Source: an uncultured virus (IMG/VR IMGVR_UViG_3300044655_000681)
Lineage: Duplodnaviria > Heunggongvirae > Uroviricota > Caudoviricetes
IMG/VR virus record: IMGVR_UViG_3300044655_000681
DNA length: 64,000 nucleotides
Strand: one strand, 5' to 3'
Below, one piece after another: positions 37,967 to 46,232 of the stretch (position 1 is the first letter of the stretch; each line of letters starts with the position of its first letter). Both the position numbers and the translations under genes were made by a program. The notes below the pieces were generated by a model. It ran no database searches. It was not told the origin of the DNA and was given only the letters and a program-made list of their open reading frames with translations.

Positions 37967-39277
37967 ATGAACACTCCTTGGTCCGTAATAGCGCAATTAG
38001 AAGCAGATAACAGCAGACTTTATAAAGAAGACGTGATCGCAAAAGAGGCGGCCGCAAGCAATACAGAATTCTTTGCTGGCTGTCGTATGGCCTTAGACGC
38101 TATGATTACCTTTGGTGTTAAAAAAGTAGATGAAAAGAAAGGTCCAGGACAGGGACTTACATGGCAAGGATTTAAACAACTTGCTGATGGACTTGCTAAT
38201 CGTCAACTTACTGGTAATGCCGCAATTCAAGCAGTAAACTATGCCCGCATGAAAGCCACAGAAGAGCAGTGGAACTTGTGGTATCGTCGTATCCTTATCA
38301 AAGACCTGCGCTGTGGTGTAAGTGAAAAAACCATCAACAAAGCTGTAGAGAAAGACTACCTAGATTATGTTATTCCTGTGTTTACTTGTCAACTTGCCCA
38401 CGATAGTGCAAATCATGAATCTAAGGTTATAGGCGAAAAACTTATTGAGGTCAAGCTCGATGGAGTTCGTGTTATTGCTATTGTCTATCCAACTGGCGCA
38501 GTTAGTCTTTTTAGCCGAAACGGTAAATCATTAGACAACTTTCCATTAGTTGAGCAACAACTAAAGAAACATGCCATATTCTTTGCTGAACCTGTAGTAC
38601 TCGACGGCGAAATTATGTCAGCAAGTTTCCAAGATCTAATGAAACAAATCCATCGTAAAGATGACACTAAATCAACTGACGCTGTACTTAATTTATTTGA
38701 TATTCTTACCTTACGTGAGTTTCAACTAGGTCGTGGGGAACATCGTCAAATTGATCGTACTACTAGTTTAATGGCTTGGTATAATCAGTTTGCTGACCAT
38801 ATGCCTAACATTACAGTAGTCGGGCAAGAATTGATTGATTTGAGTACAGAAGAAGGCCAAAAACGCTTTAAACAGGTCAACAGTGACGCTGTAGCCGGTG
38901 GATATGAAGGTATTATGATCAAGGATCCTAGTGCTGTATATGAGTGTAAACGATCAGTAGCATGGCTTAAACTTAAACCATTTATTGAAGTTAGTTTGGA
39001 GGTAACAAATGTCGAAGAAGGAACAGGAAGGAACCAAGGTCGTTTGGGGGCGTTGGTGTGCAGTGGTGAAGACGATGGCCGTAGTATTGTTGTTAACTGC
39101 GGTAGCGGCTTTAGTGATGACGATCGTAGAACTTATTGGGACAACCGTGGCCAGTTGGTTGGTCAAATAGTTGAGGTTCGTGCTGATGCTATCACACAAA
39201 ATCAAGACGGTACTTACTCGTTACGGTTTCCTAGGTTCTTGCGTTTTAGGGGGTTTGAAGTTGGCGAAAAACTTTAA
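37967..39277 (+). CDS. ATP-dependent DNA ligase
   Basis: EVKLDGVR (motif I), VLDGEI, YEGIMIK, WLKLKP, SLRFPRF. Confidence 0.95.
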   Translation: MNTPWSVIAQLEADNSRLYKEDVIAKEAAASNTEFFAGCRMALDAMITFGVKKVDEKKGPGQGLTWQGFKQLADGLANRQLTGNAAIQAVNYARMKATEEQWNLWYRRILIKDLRCGVSEKTINKAVEKDYLDYVIPVFTCQLAHDSANHESKVIGEKLIEVKLDGVRVIAIVYPTGAVSLFSRNGKSLDNFPLVEQQLKKHAIFFAEPVVLDGEIMSASFQDLMKQIHRKDDTKSTDAVLNLFDILTLREFQLGRGEHRQIDRTTSLMAWYNQFADHMPNITVVGQELIDLSTEEGQKRFKQVNSDAVAGGYEGIMIKDPSAVYECKRSVAWLKLKPFIEVSLEVTNVEEGTGRNQGRLGALVCSGEDDGRSIVVNCGSGFSDDDRRTYWDNRGQLVGQIVEVRADAITQNQDGTYSLRFPRFLRFRGFEVGEKL

Positions 39278-39518
39278 GTTAGCGCAAGACGCTAATCGTA
39301 GTGTAGTCTATGGTGCTATGTTAGAAATTACTAAGAATCCACGCCTATGGCGCAGTAGTCCTGTAGGTAGAGAGTACTGCCACTTAACAGAAGAAGGACG
39401 AGAAGTCATCGTAGATCTAATGCAGGACCTATTACGTACTGTAGATATATTAGAAAAGAAAGCCATAGATCAACGTGCTAAAGAAATTACATTTGACATT
39501 TTGAAAGGTAAAGAATAA
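39261..39518 (+). CDS. Hypothetical protein
   Basis: Likely TTG start overlapping the ligase end; start uncertain. Confidence 0.55.
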   Translation: MAKNFKLAQDANRSVVYGAMLEITKNPRLWRSSPVGREYCHLTEEGREVIVDLMQDLLRTVDILEKKAIDQRAKEITFDILKGKE

Positions 39519-39571
39519 TGTTATTAGGGTGGGGTATGGACGCATTTACTAAATCAATAGAAAGGAATCGT

Positions 39572-39844
39572 ATGATATTGACTAAAGAAGAACTGTTGGA
39601 AGAATTAAAATACCGTATATGTGAAGTAACATTTACCAAAGTAAACGGTGAAACCCGCACTATGCCCTGTACCCTCAGACCAGACCTTGTGCCTGCGTAT
39701 GAGCGTAAAACACCGGTTAAAGAGGCTACTGAAAAGGAATCTGCTACACTTAGCGTATGGTGTATAGACAAACAGGCATGGCGCAGTTTCCGTGTAGACA
39801 GCGTAACTGATTTTAAAATTGAAGTTGAATTACATGGAATTTAA
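39572..39844 (+). CDS. WYL_2/SH3-fold-like phage protein
   Basis: VTFTKVNGETRTMPCTL ... VW..DKQAWRSFR motif; AAGGA RBS. Confidence 0.75.
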   Translation: MILTKEELLEELKYRICEVTFTKVNGETRTMPCTLRPDLVPAYERKTPVKEATEKESATLSVWCIDKQAWRSFRVDSVTDFKIEVELHGI

Positions 39845-39854
39845 CCAAAAGTAG

Positions 39855-39883
39855 TTGACAATATCATTAACTGAGTATATAAT
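39855..39883 (+). promoter_or_regulatory. sigma70 consensus promoter
   Basis: TTGACA-17-TATAAT. Confidence 0.85.
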
Positions 39884-39948
39884 ATACACATGCTTAGAAA
39901 TTAAGCAACACATATATATATTTTTTAATCGTTATGGAGAAGTAAACA

Positions 39949-40197
39949 ATGGCAAATTTAGCTAAAGTAACAAACCAAGTAGCATTCTTAGAAAAGTATT
40001 TACGCGGTACAGGTAAAACATTATCAGCTGCTCAAGCGGCAGCTAACTACGGTATCAAAAACTTACCAGCTCGTATGTCAGAGTTCCGTAAATGCGGTCT
40101 AGTAGTTAAAACAGAAGTAAACACCACTGGTAAAACTGCTTACGCTGTTACTGCTCGTGATGTTAATGGTTCACGTGCTCGTGCGTTTATTGCTTAA
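39949..40197 (+). CDS. Small winged helix-turn-helix DNA-binding protein
   Basis: LSAAQAAANYGIKNLPARMSEFRKCG HTH-like segment; GGAG RBS. Confidence 0.65.
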   Translation: MANLAKVTNQVAFLEKYLRGTGKTLSAAQAAANYGIKNLPARMSEFRKCGLVVKTEVNTTGKTAYAVTARDVNGSRARAFIA

Positions 40198-40221
40198 TTA
40201 AGCGACAGAAGCTGTAACCAC

Positions 40222-40248
40222 AAAAAAGCCGCTTAAAGCGGCTTTTTT
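40222..40248. terminator. Bidirectional intrinsic terminator
   Basis: AAAAAAGCCGC-TTAAA-GCGGCTTTTTT. Confidence 0.88.
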
Positions 40249-40259
40249 ATTCACTATAG

Positions 40260-40658
40260 TTAATTACTAAATATTTCGGCGTCCATGATTTCTACTGTAA
40301 GTTGGCGCAGGCCTTCTTTATTGGTGTTTTCTAAAGTATCAATTGTTTGAGTTATGCCATTAGCATTACAATATTCAACAACTTCAGGATCTGCCTTCAT
40401 AGCAGTAATTGCAGCTAACATATTTCTGCCGTCTGCCAAATATAAATCTAATGTAGATTGGTCTGGAAATTCTAAATCTACGCAAAGTGCCTTAGTCTCT
40501 AAAGTAAACGGGCCCTGATCCCAAGCAGTAACTTCGGGGTGGGCAGATAAAAACTCGTACTTGTAACTTAAATAATCCTGTAGTTTTGGGTAAAAAATAA
40601 TTTCTACAGGTTCAGCAGTTGATGATATCGTTGACTTGTATACTAGAGATATTGACAT
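40260..40658 (-). CDS. Hypothetical protein
   Basis: AAGGA RBS and GATAAATA motif upstream on the minus strand. Confidence 0.7.
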   Translation of the reverse strand: MSISLVYKSTISSTAEPVEIIFYPKLQDYLSYKYEFLSAHPEVTAWDQGPFTLETKALCVDLEFPDQSTLDLYLADGRNMLAAITAMKADPEVVEYCNANGITQTIDTLENTNKEGLRQLTVEIMDAEIFSN

Positions 40659-40693
40659 ATTGTATTTCCTTTTAATTATTTATCAATGATTGA

Positions 40694-40722
40694 TTGACTT
40701 TTCGGTTTATTGAGTGTATAAT
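40694..40722 (+). promoter_or_regulatory. Early promoter (repeat family variant)
   Basis: TTGACT-TTTCGGTTTATTGAGTG-TATAAT. Confidence 0.8.
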
Positions 40723-40750
40723 GTATTTGTTTTAAACGTTACGGAACTTA

Positions 40751-41335
40751 ATGATGACTACCAACCAGACGTATCTAGCAATCGGAGTGGCAATATTTGT
40801 AAGTAATGTAATGTATGCAGAATATCAAAATTCACGTATTAGCAGTATTGAAAATAATATTCAAGGAATACATGAAGATATTAAAGAGATCAAAAATATT
40901 ATAATAGAACAAGCACCAGTTACAATTGACTATTCACGCCGTGATGTTGATTGCTTGGCACGTAATATCTATTATGAAGCAGGTGTAGAAGATCAAGTTG
41001 GTAAAATTGCCGTGGCGCAAGTGACACTTAATCGTGTTAAGTCGGGTTACTGGGGTAAGAATATTTGTAAGGTAGTTTATGCTGATAGTCAATTCAGTTG
41101 GACCAAAGTTAAGCGCCGAGCTTGGATCCAACCTAAAGGTGCCAACTGGGAAGAAAGTAAGTTAATAGCCAATCAGGTATTGAGTTACGGTGTTCGTATT
41201 AAACCATTACGAAAGGCCCTATTCTATCACGCAGACTATGTTAGACCAAATTGGCGTGATAACAGTAAACGTATTACAAAATTAGGGCAACACATTTTTT
41301 ACACACAAGCAAAGGGAAATTCAATTAAACTGTGA
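40751..41335 (+). CDS. Cell wall hydrolase (SleB/Hydrolase_2 family)
   Basis: CLARNIYYEA, AVAQVTLNRV, ICKVVY..SQFSW, FYHADYVRPNW, GQHIFY. Confidence 0.9.
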   Translation: MMTTNQTYLAIGVAIFVSNVMYAEYQNSRISSIENNIQGIHEDIKEIKNIIIEQAPVTIDYSRRDVDCLARNIYYEAGVEDQVGKIAVAQVTLNRVKSGYWGKNICKVVYADSQFSWTKVKRRAWIQPKGANWEESKLIANQVLSYGVRIKPLRKALFYHADYVRPNWRDNSKRITKLGQHIFYTQAKGNSIKL

Positions 41336-41769
41336 AATACTTCAGTTACGGAATGAATACTAATCTAGCACAAATGGCTCGTCGTTGCCCTAAAGCTGTG
41401 AGCCTAGGAGCCGCAGTATTGCCAGGATTCCGCTTTGAGTTCAAATCATTTGCCACTGTGGTTGCTGATTATGAAATGGACACAGTTGGGGTAGTTTGGG
41501 AAATATCAGATGAATGTGAGGACGCACTGGATATCTTAGAAGGATATCCTATCTATTATACTAAACAAATAGTCACAGTGTTTATTGATGGTACACCACA
41601 CACTGCCATGACCTACTTAATGTATCCAGATGAACAACTTAGCTTACCAAGCAATAGCTACTACAATCTAGTGGCAGACGGCTACGAGGATCATGGCATT
41701 AGTATTGATCAATTAAATCTTGCCATTGATCGTGTACAAAATCAATACTTGACAGCAGAAGCTGTTTAG
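41332..41769 (+). CDS. Gamma-glutamylcyclotransferase family protein
   Basis: YFSYGMN...QMARRCP, GVVWEI....LDILEGYP.YY. Confidence 0.85.
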   Translation: MKYFSYGMNTNLAQMARRCPKAVSLGAAVLPGFRFEFKSFATVVADYEMDTVGVVWEISDECEDALDILEGYPIYYTKQIVTVFIDGTPHTAMTYLMYPDEQLSLPSNSYYNLVADGYEDHGISIDQLNLAIDRVQNQYLTAEAV

Positions 41770-41777
41770 TGTATAAT
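41749..41777 (+). promoter_or_regulatory. sigma70 consensus promoter
   Basis: TTGACA-17-TATAAT. Confidence 0.8.
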
Positions 41778-41802
41778 GTAGTTAATGTAAAGGGAGAACA
41801 CT

Positions 41803-42567
41803 ATGGCATCTGAACAGGAAAAAGAAGAATTACTACAGACACTTAAATTTACACCACAGACTTATCGTGTTGAGATCTGGGGCTACGGTGGCGAAGTCTA
41901 TTGGGGCAAAGTTGACCGTAAGATCTACGACTTCTTTAAAGAAAAAGCCATTGACATTGAACAGTATGCCAGCAGTTGGGAAGAACGTATGTGGGATGAT
42001 ATTCCATTTGATCTGCGCCCGTTCGACCCAGGTAGTCCATATGAATGCGATGATGTACATACCAGTGGTGCTACATTTGATGACAGTAGCCACATTGTAG
42101 TATACGATGAAACTGGCGCACAAGTGTGGACTAGTCCATTGGGTAACATCGGTCTTGAAGCTAATGGTGCTACAAGTGACTGTATAGATGAACGCTATAT
42201 CAATGATGTTTACGAGCCGGGCACTCCAGTATTTTATGGTGCTCAAGGTGAAAAGGGTACGTTCTTTGGCAATGACTTTGAGATTAAAGCGCCGTTTGAT
42301 CCTAGCAAACTACGTGTACTTTATGAAGACATGGATGGTTGGGAAATTACCACTGGGGTACAGTATGATGGTGAGGACATTGATGGCAACGACTACGACA
42401 CCAACGGTAAATGGGGCGAAAACAAGTGGATCATTGTAGGCGATACTGAAGAAGTCTATGAAGGTGAAGAACGTGACGAAGATGATTACGAAGACACCAG
42501 TGATGACGATGAAGAAATTACACTCGACGACGACGATGAATCTAACGCAACTGAGCAGGGCGGCTAA
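41803..42567 (+). CDS. Acidic hypothetical protein
   Basis: GGGAG RBS; GYGGE motif, Asp/Glu-rich tail. Confidence 0.75.
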   Translation: MASEQEKEELLQTLKFTPQTYRVEIWGYGGEVYWGKVDRKIYDFFKEKAIDIEQYASSWEERMWDDIPFDLRPFDPGSPYECDDVHTSGATFDDSSHIVVYDETGAQVWTSPLGNIGLEANGATSDCIDERYINDVYEPGTPVFYGAQGEKGTFFGNDFEIKAPFDPSKLRVLYEDMDGWEITTGVQYDGEDIDGNDYDTNGKWGENKWIIVGDTEEVYEGEERDEDDYEDTSDDDEEITLDDDDESNATEQGG

Positions 42568-42971
42568 TGGCAACAGTATATCCAACAAATAGCGTAACTA
42601 TGGCATCGGGGGCAGGCAATTATGGCAACTTAACCTTGGGCGCAGGTGGATCTAGTACTGTTACTATGTCAGGAGCAGGTGGCAGTGGCGGAACTGGCAG
42701 TATATTAATGTCTAGTGCTGTTAGTAATAATTGGGCTAGCACTAGTGCTAAAACATCAATGTCTGGGCAACTAACCCTGGAAGGTGATAATGCTGACTTA
42801 GTAATGAATGGTGTTAGTTTAAAAGGTATCTTGGACAGCATTACTGATCGTCTAAGTATCTTACAACCTAAGCCAGAATTGTTAGCTAAGTATGATAATC
42901 TGCGCGAAGCATACGAGCATTACAAGACCTTAGAAGCATTGTTACACCAAGAGGATGACAATGCAAAATAG
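42567..42971 (+). CDS. Hypothetical protein (Gly/Ser-rich N-terminus)
   Basis: TAATG coupling. Confidence 0.7.
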   Translation: MATVYPTNSVTMASGAGNYGNLTLGAGGSSTVTMSGAGGSGGTGSILMSSAVSNNWASTSAKTSMSGQLTLEGDNADLVMNGVSLKGILDSITDRLSILQPKPELLAKYDNLREAYEHYKTLEALLHQEDDNAK

Positions 42972-43137
42972 GTTAGATGTGCGTAATATTACCAAGGTTA
43001 ATAATATTAGTCGTTGGTGTCAACGTAATTTACAGGATGAAGACTGGCAGTTAGAATTGTTAAGTATGTTTCCGGCGCACTATAAGTTTGAATTTAAAGA
43101 TCCGCACATGTCAACTATAGCGGCATTAGCATCTTAG
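42961..43137 (+). CDS. Hypothetical protein
   Basis: GAGG RBS; fills the gap; start 42955 or 42961. Confidence 0.5.
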   Translation: MQNRLDVRNITKVNNISRWCQRNLQDEDWQLELLSMFPAHYKFEFKDPHMSTIAALAS

Positions 43138-43146
43138 GGAAATAAA

Positions 43147-43977
43147 ATGAGAAATTATTGGACTTGTGGTAAATTTGCTGATTGGTTACGTGGCACAGCT
43201 AAACCTGATAGTGCTACTAGCGAAGGATGGGATAAGTGGAAGAAAGATGCAACATCTGCTCATCCATTTCGTTGGTGGCTTGCCGAAGAAGCACTAGATA
43301 CGTTAGACGATGCTTGGAACTATATTCCTGGCAAGATAAACGATGTGCGCTATTACCTAAACAATCGCTACACAAGTAAGACACACGCACTTACCAGCAG
43401 ACTTAAACGTGGGCAATGGCATGAGTTTGGCGAGCGTTTACTACATTGTTCATTTGACAGTTTTGTAGACTTTATCGAAATAGAAACTGCGTGGAATCAT
43501 GTCATGTGGGGCGATGAAGAATTACGTGTAAAATACAATTTACCATGGTGGAGAGAACGGTGGTATACTCGTTGGTTTATGGAGTGGCGCTGTCCAGAAG
43601 CCGCTATTGCGCACTTAGAGTGGGAAATGACTCTTAAGTATAACGACGAATGGACAAAGAAGAAAGATCCATTATACGGTATGCTGACTCCGCAGGCAGA
43701 AGCCGCTAAAGAGAAATGGGCATTGTACTACTGGTGGAAACATGTACGTCCGCAACGTGCCGATGTATATGACTACTGTGGTTGGACTGCTTATTGTAAT
43801 GAACGTGAAAAGGCTAATCCCAATGGTTGGTTATTAGAAAATAACAAGTCTAAGCGAGATAAAAAACGTAGCAAAGAGTTGTTGGAAGCTATGCGTATAC
43901 TTGAAAAACAATACGCAGATGAGGATGAAGCTATGTTGATTCGTTTAGTTAAATTAAGGGAAAGTTTATGGACATAA
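43147..43977 (+). CDS. Trp-rich hypothetical protein
   Basis: 276-aa ORF, AGGGA RBS. Confidence 0.75.
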   Translation: MRNYWTCGKFADWLRGTAKPDSATSEGWDKWKKDATSAHPFRWWLAEEALDTLDDAWNYIPGKINDVRYYLNNRYTSKTHALTSRLKRGQWHEFGERLLHCSFDSFVDFIEIETAWNHVMWGDEELRVKYNLPWWRERWYTRWFMEWRCPEAAIAHLEWEMTLKYNDEWTKKKDPLYGMLTPQAEAAKEKWALYYWWKHVRPQRADVYDYCGWTAYCNEREKANPNGWLLENNKSKRDKKRSKELLEAMRILEKQYADEDEAMLIRLVKLRESLWT

Positions 43978-44285
43978 TTTTAAATATTATAATGTTTTTT
44001 GTAAGCATATTTGCTGTCATTGGTTTTATATTTGTCTATTTGTTTATTAAGAATGTACGGATAATAAAGAAAGAAGTTGGACGAATAGACAAAACACTAA
44101 CTGATGTTAAACTAGTGTACATTGAACAGGTAAACACTATGCTTATGATGCATGACCGTATTACTCGTAGCTTTGTAGCGCAAGCACCTACTGAAGATGA
44201 ACTGTGGGCTAAAGCTAAAGCACTATATCCAAGTAAAGAGCTTATTTTAAGTGATAATCCGGACTTGACAACTACTGAAAAGTAG
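43968..44285 (+). CDS. Hypothetical membrane-anchored protein
   Basis: N-terminal TM helix. Confidence 0.65.
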   Translation: MDIILNIIMFFVSIFAVIGFIFVYLFIKNVRIIKKEVGRIDKTLTDVKLVYIEQVNTMLMMHDRITRSFVAQAPTEDELWAKAKALYPSKELILSDNPDLTTTEK

Positions 44286-44326
44286 TGTATACTAGCATTT
44301 ACACAATTAAGTTATAGGTAAATTAT

Positions 44327-44722
44327 ATGACCATGCACTTACTGCCACCGATGTATTCAACAACAGGTAAAAAGAAAGGTAAACAAAAACATCGTAATGC
44401 TACTGCCGCTAATACTGCCCGTAAGAATGCCGAATCTTGGCGAGCGTTGCTAGATAAGTGGGGTGTAAAAGATGAAGGTACCAAAGTACGACCAACTACC
44501 CGAGTGGCTACAACTAGTGGTTATAGTCCTGCACATGATCCTAAGCGCAGTACCCGCCATATTCCTAGCTTGGATACTGGGCAAGGTCTAGCGGCTCGTC
44601 CGGCAGACAAAGTCTACACAGGCGATGCTATGCTAGGGGTAAGCGTATTACATAAGTCAAATGGCATTCCTGTGTTCCGTCAAGAAGATGCTATTGACAT
44701 TAGTAAAATGAGACGTGGATAA
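44327..44722 (+). CDS. Conserved phage hypothetical protein
   Basis: Promoter TTGACA-17-TATACT at 44265-44293; VYTG..MLG...LHKSN..PVF....A.DIS.MRR motif seen in T4-like phages. Confidence 0.75.
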   Translation: MTMHLLPPMYSTTGKKKGKQKHRNATAANTARKNAESWRALLDKWGVKDEGTKVRPTTRVATTSGYSPAHDPKRSTRHIPSLDTGQGLAARPADKVYTGDAMLGVSVLHKSNGIPVFRQEDAIDISKMRRG

Positions 44723-44907
44723 TGATAAAATTTATAGGTTATGTAGTAAGTTGGGTATTGTATTGGTTGGGTGATTTAGTAAGTAAACCTATGCACTATA
44801 TCAATTGGTGGTGGTTATATCCTGTGTATAATCGCCTAATGATCTGGAGTTATGACATACAAGATTGGGCCGGTGCCAATGGTCCATGGAGAGAAACTAA
44901 TGGGTGA
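44722..44907 (+). CDS. Hypothetical protein
   Basis: TAATG coupling. Confidence 0.6.
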   Translation: MIKFIGYVVSWVLYWLGDLVSKPMHYINWWWLYPVYNRLMIWSYDIQDWAGANGPWRETNG

Positions 44908-45136
44908 CATAATAATTGATGATGAATGGGTTGAAGCATTTTACGACTACGGAATTAACAATAAAAACACTATTACGTTTTTCAGCGGCGCAACTGAAGA
45001 TAGCGAAATGTTGCGAGTGGCACCAGATGGGTTCTATGTTCGTGGTGTACGAGTAGAAGCTGACGATAAAGAAGCAAAAGAGGTATACACTGCATTTAAA
45101 CAGTGGTTAACATGGAATACACTAAGCAGTAACTAA
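44900..45136 (+). CDS. Hypothetical protein
   Basis: GGAG RBS before MGDII. Confidence 0.6.
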   Translation: MGDIIIDDEWVEAFYDYGINNKNTITFFSGATEDSEMLRVAPDGFYVRGVRVEADDKEAKEVYTAFKQWLTWNTLSSN

Positions 45137-45161
45137 ATAGTGTATTAAGGAAAAGCTCAGT

Positions 45162-45377
45162 TTGGCAAAAGAAGAAGCATTAAAGTTTACAGGAAAAGTA
45201 GAAGAAGTACTAGGTAATAGTATGTTCCGTGTTAAATTAGAAAATGGGCATGAAGTTATCGCGTATATTGGCGGTAAAATGCGCATGCACACTATTAAAA
45301 TTATCATGGGCGATACTGTAGAATTAGAAATGACCCCTTATGATTTATCTAAAGCAAGGATAGTATACAGACGATGA
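45162..45377 (+). CDS. infA: Translation initiation factor IF-1
   Basis: MAKEE...[56 protein letters not shown] start. Confidence 0.95.
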   Translation: MAKEEALKFTGKVEEVLGNSMFRVKLENGHEVIAYIGGKMRMHTIKIIMGDTVELEMTPYDLSKARIVYRR

Positions 45378-45703
45378 ACTTAATTGATGTTAAACCAAAC
45401 GCAGTAATTAAACTTAAGCAGTTATTTGCTGAAGAAAACAATCCTAACATGAAACTACGTGTATTTGTACAAGGTGGTGGATGTAGTGGATTCCAATATG
45501 GCTTTACCTTTGATGAAACGCAAAATGAAGATGACTTTCTATTGGATATCGAAGGTGTTAATGTGTTAATAGACAGTATGAGTAGTCAATACCTTCAAGG
45601 TGCTGAAATTGATTTTATTGAAAGCCTGTCGGGTAGCCAATTTAGTATTAAGAATCCACAGGCTACAACTACCTGTGGATGCGGTAGTAGTTTTGGTGTA
45701 TAA
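45374..45703 (+). CDS. erpA: A-type iron-sulfur cluster insertion protein (ErpA/IscA)
   Basis: [22 protein letters not shown] and TTCGCGSSF. Confidence 0.9.
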   Translation: MNLIDVKPNAVIKLKQLFAEENNPNMKLRVFVQGGGCSGFQYGFTFDETQNEDDFLLDIEGVNVLIDSMSSQYLQGAEIDFIESLSGSQFSIKNPQATTTCGCGSSFGV

Positions 45704-45882
45704 CTAAACAGTCCGAGAACGCCTCTTAACAATGCGCACCATTCTATAGCTAGAATTTACTAGTGAACCCTATAGACGTATAGGGCTACGGTCTTCCGGG
45801 AGGATAACTCCCAACCCTTTCCCCTTTCTTCTTTATCTGTCCTAACATAAATACAATATAGTATTTAGAATAGAGCACAGAC

Positions 45883-46221
45883 ATGACTATAACCACAGAA
45901 CAATTTGTAGACGTAAATACCGGATCAGTAGCCAATGATGGTACCGGTGACAGTTTGCGTACGGCTTTTATTAAAGTCAATAAAAATTTTGCTAATATCA
46001 GCAGTATCGGTTTTGATTCCGGTGACATTAATTGTCAAGGCAATATCGAAGTATCGGGATATGCCACTATTAATGGAAATTTAATAGTTAGCGGCCAATA
46101 CGTCCCTACTGCAAATAATAGTTTAGGTACCGCAGGCCAAATCACTTGGAGCAGTGGTAACGTTTATATTTGTGTAGCAGCCAATACATGGGTTCGTGCT
46201 AGTTTAACTAGCGCATTCTAA
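45883..46221 (+). CDS. Putative baseplate/tail structural protein
   Basis: G..ANDGTGDSLRTAF.KVN.NF motif (as in T4 gp9/gp10-like N-termini); YICVAANTW.R. Confidence 0.7.
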   Translation: MTITTEQFVDVNTGSVANDGTGDSLRTAFIKVNKNFANISSIGFDSGDINCQGNIEVSGYATINGNLIVSGQYVPTANNSLGTAGQITWSSGNVYICVAANTWVRASLTSAF

Positions 46222-46232
46222 TAGGATAAACA

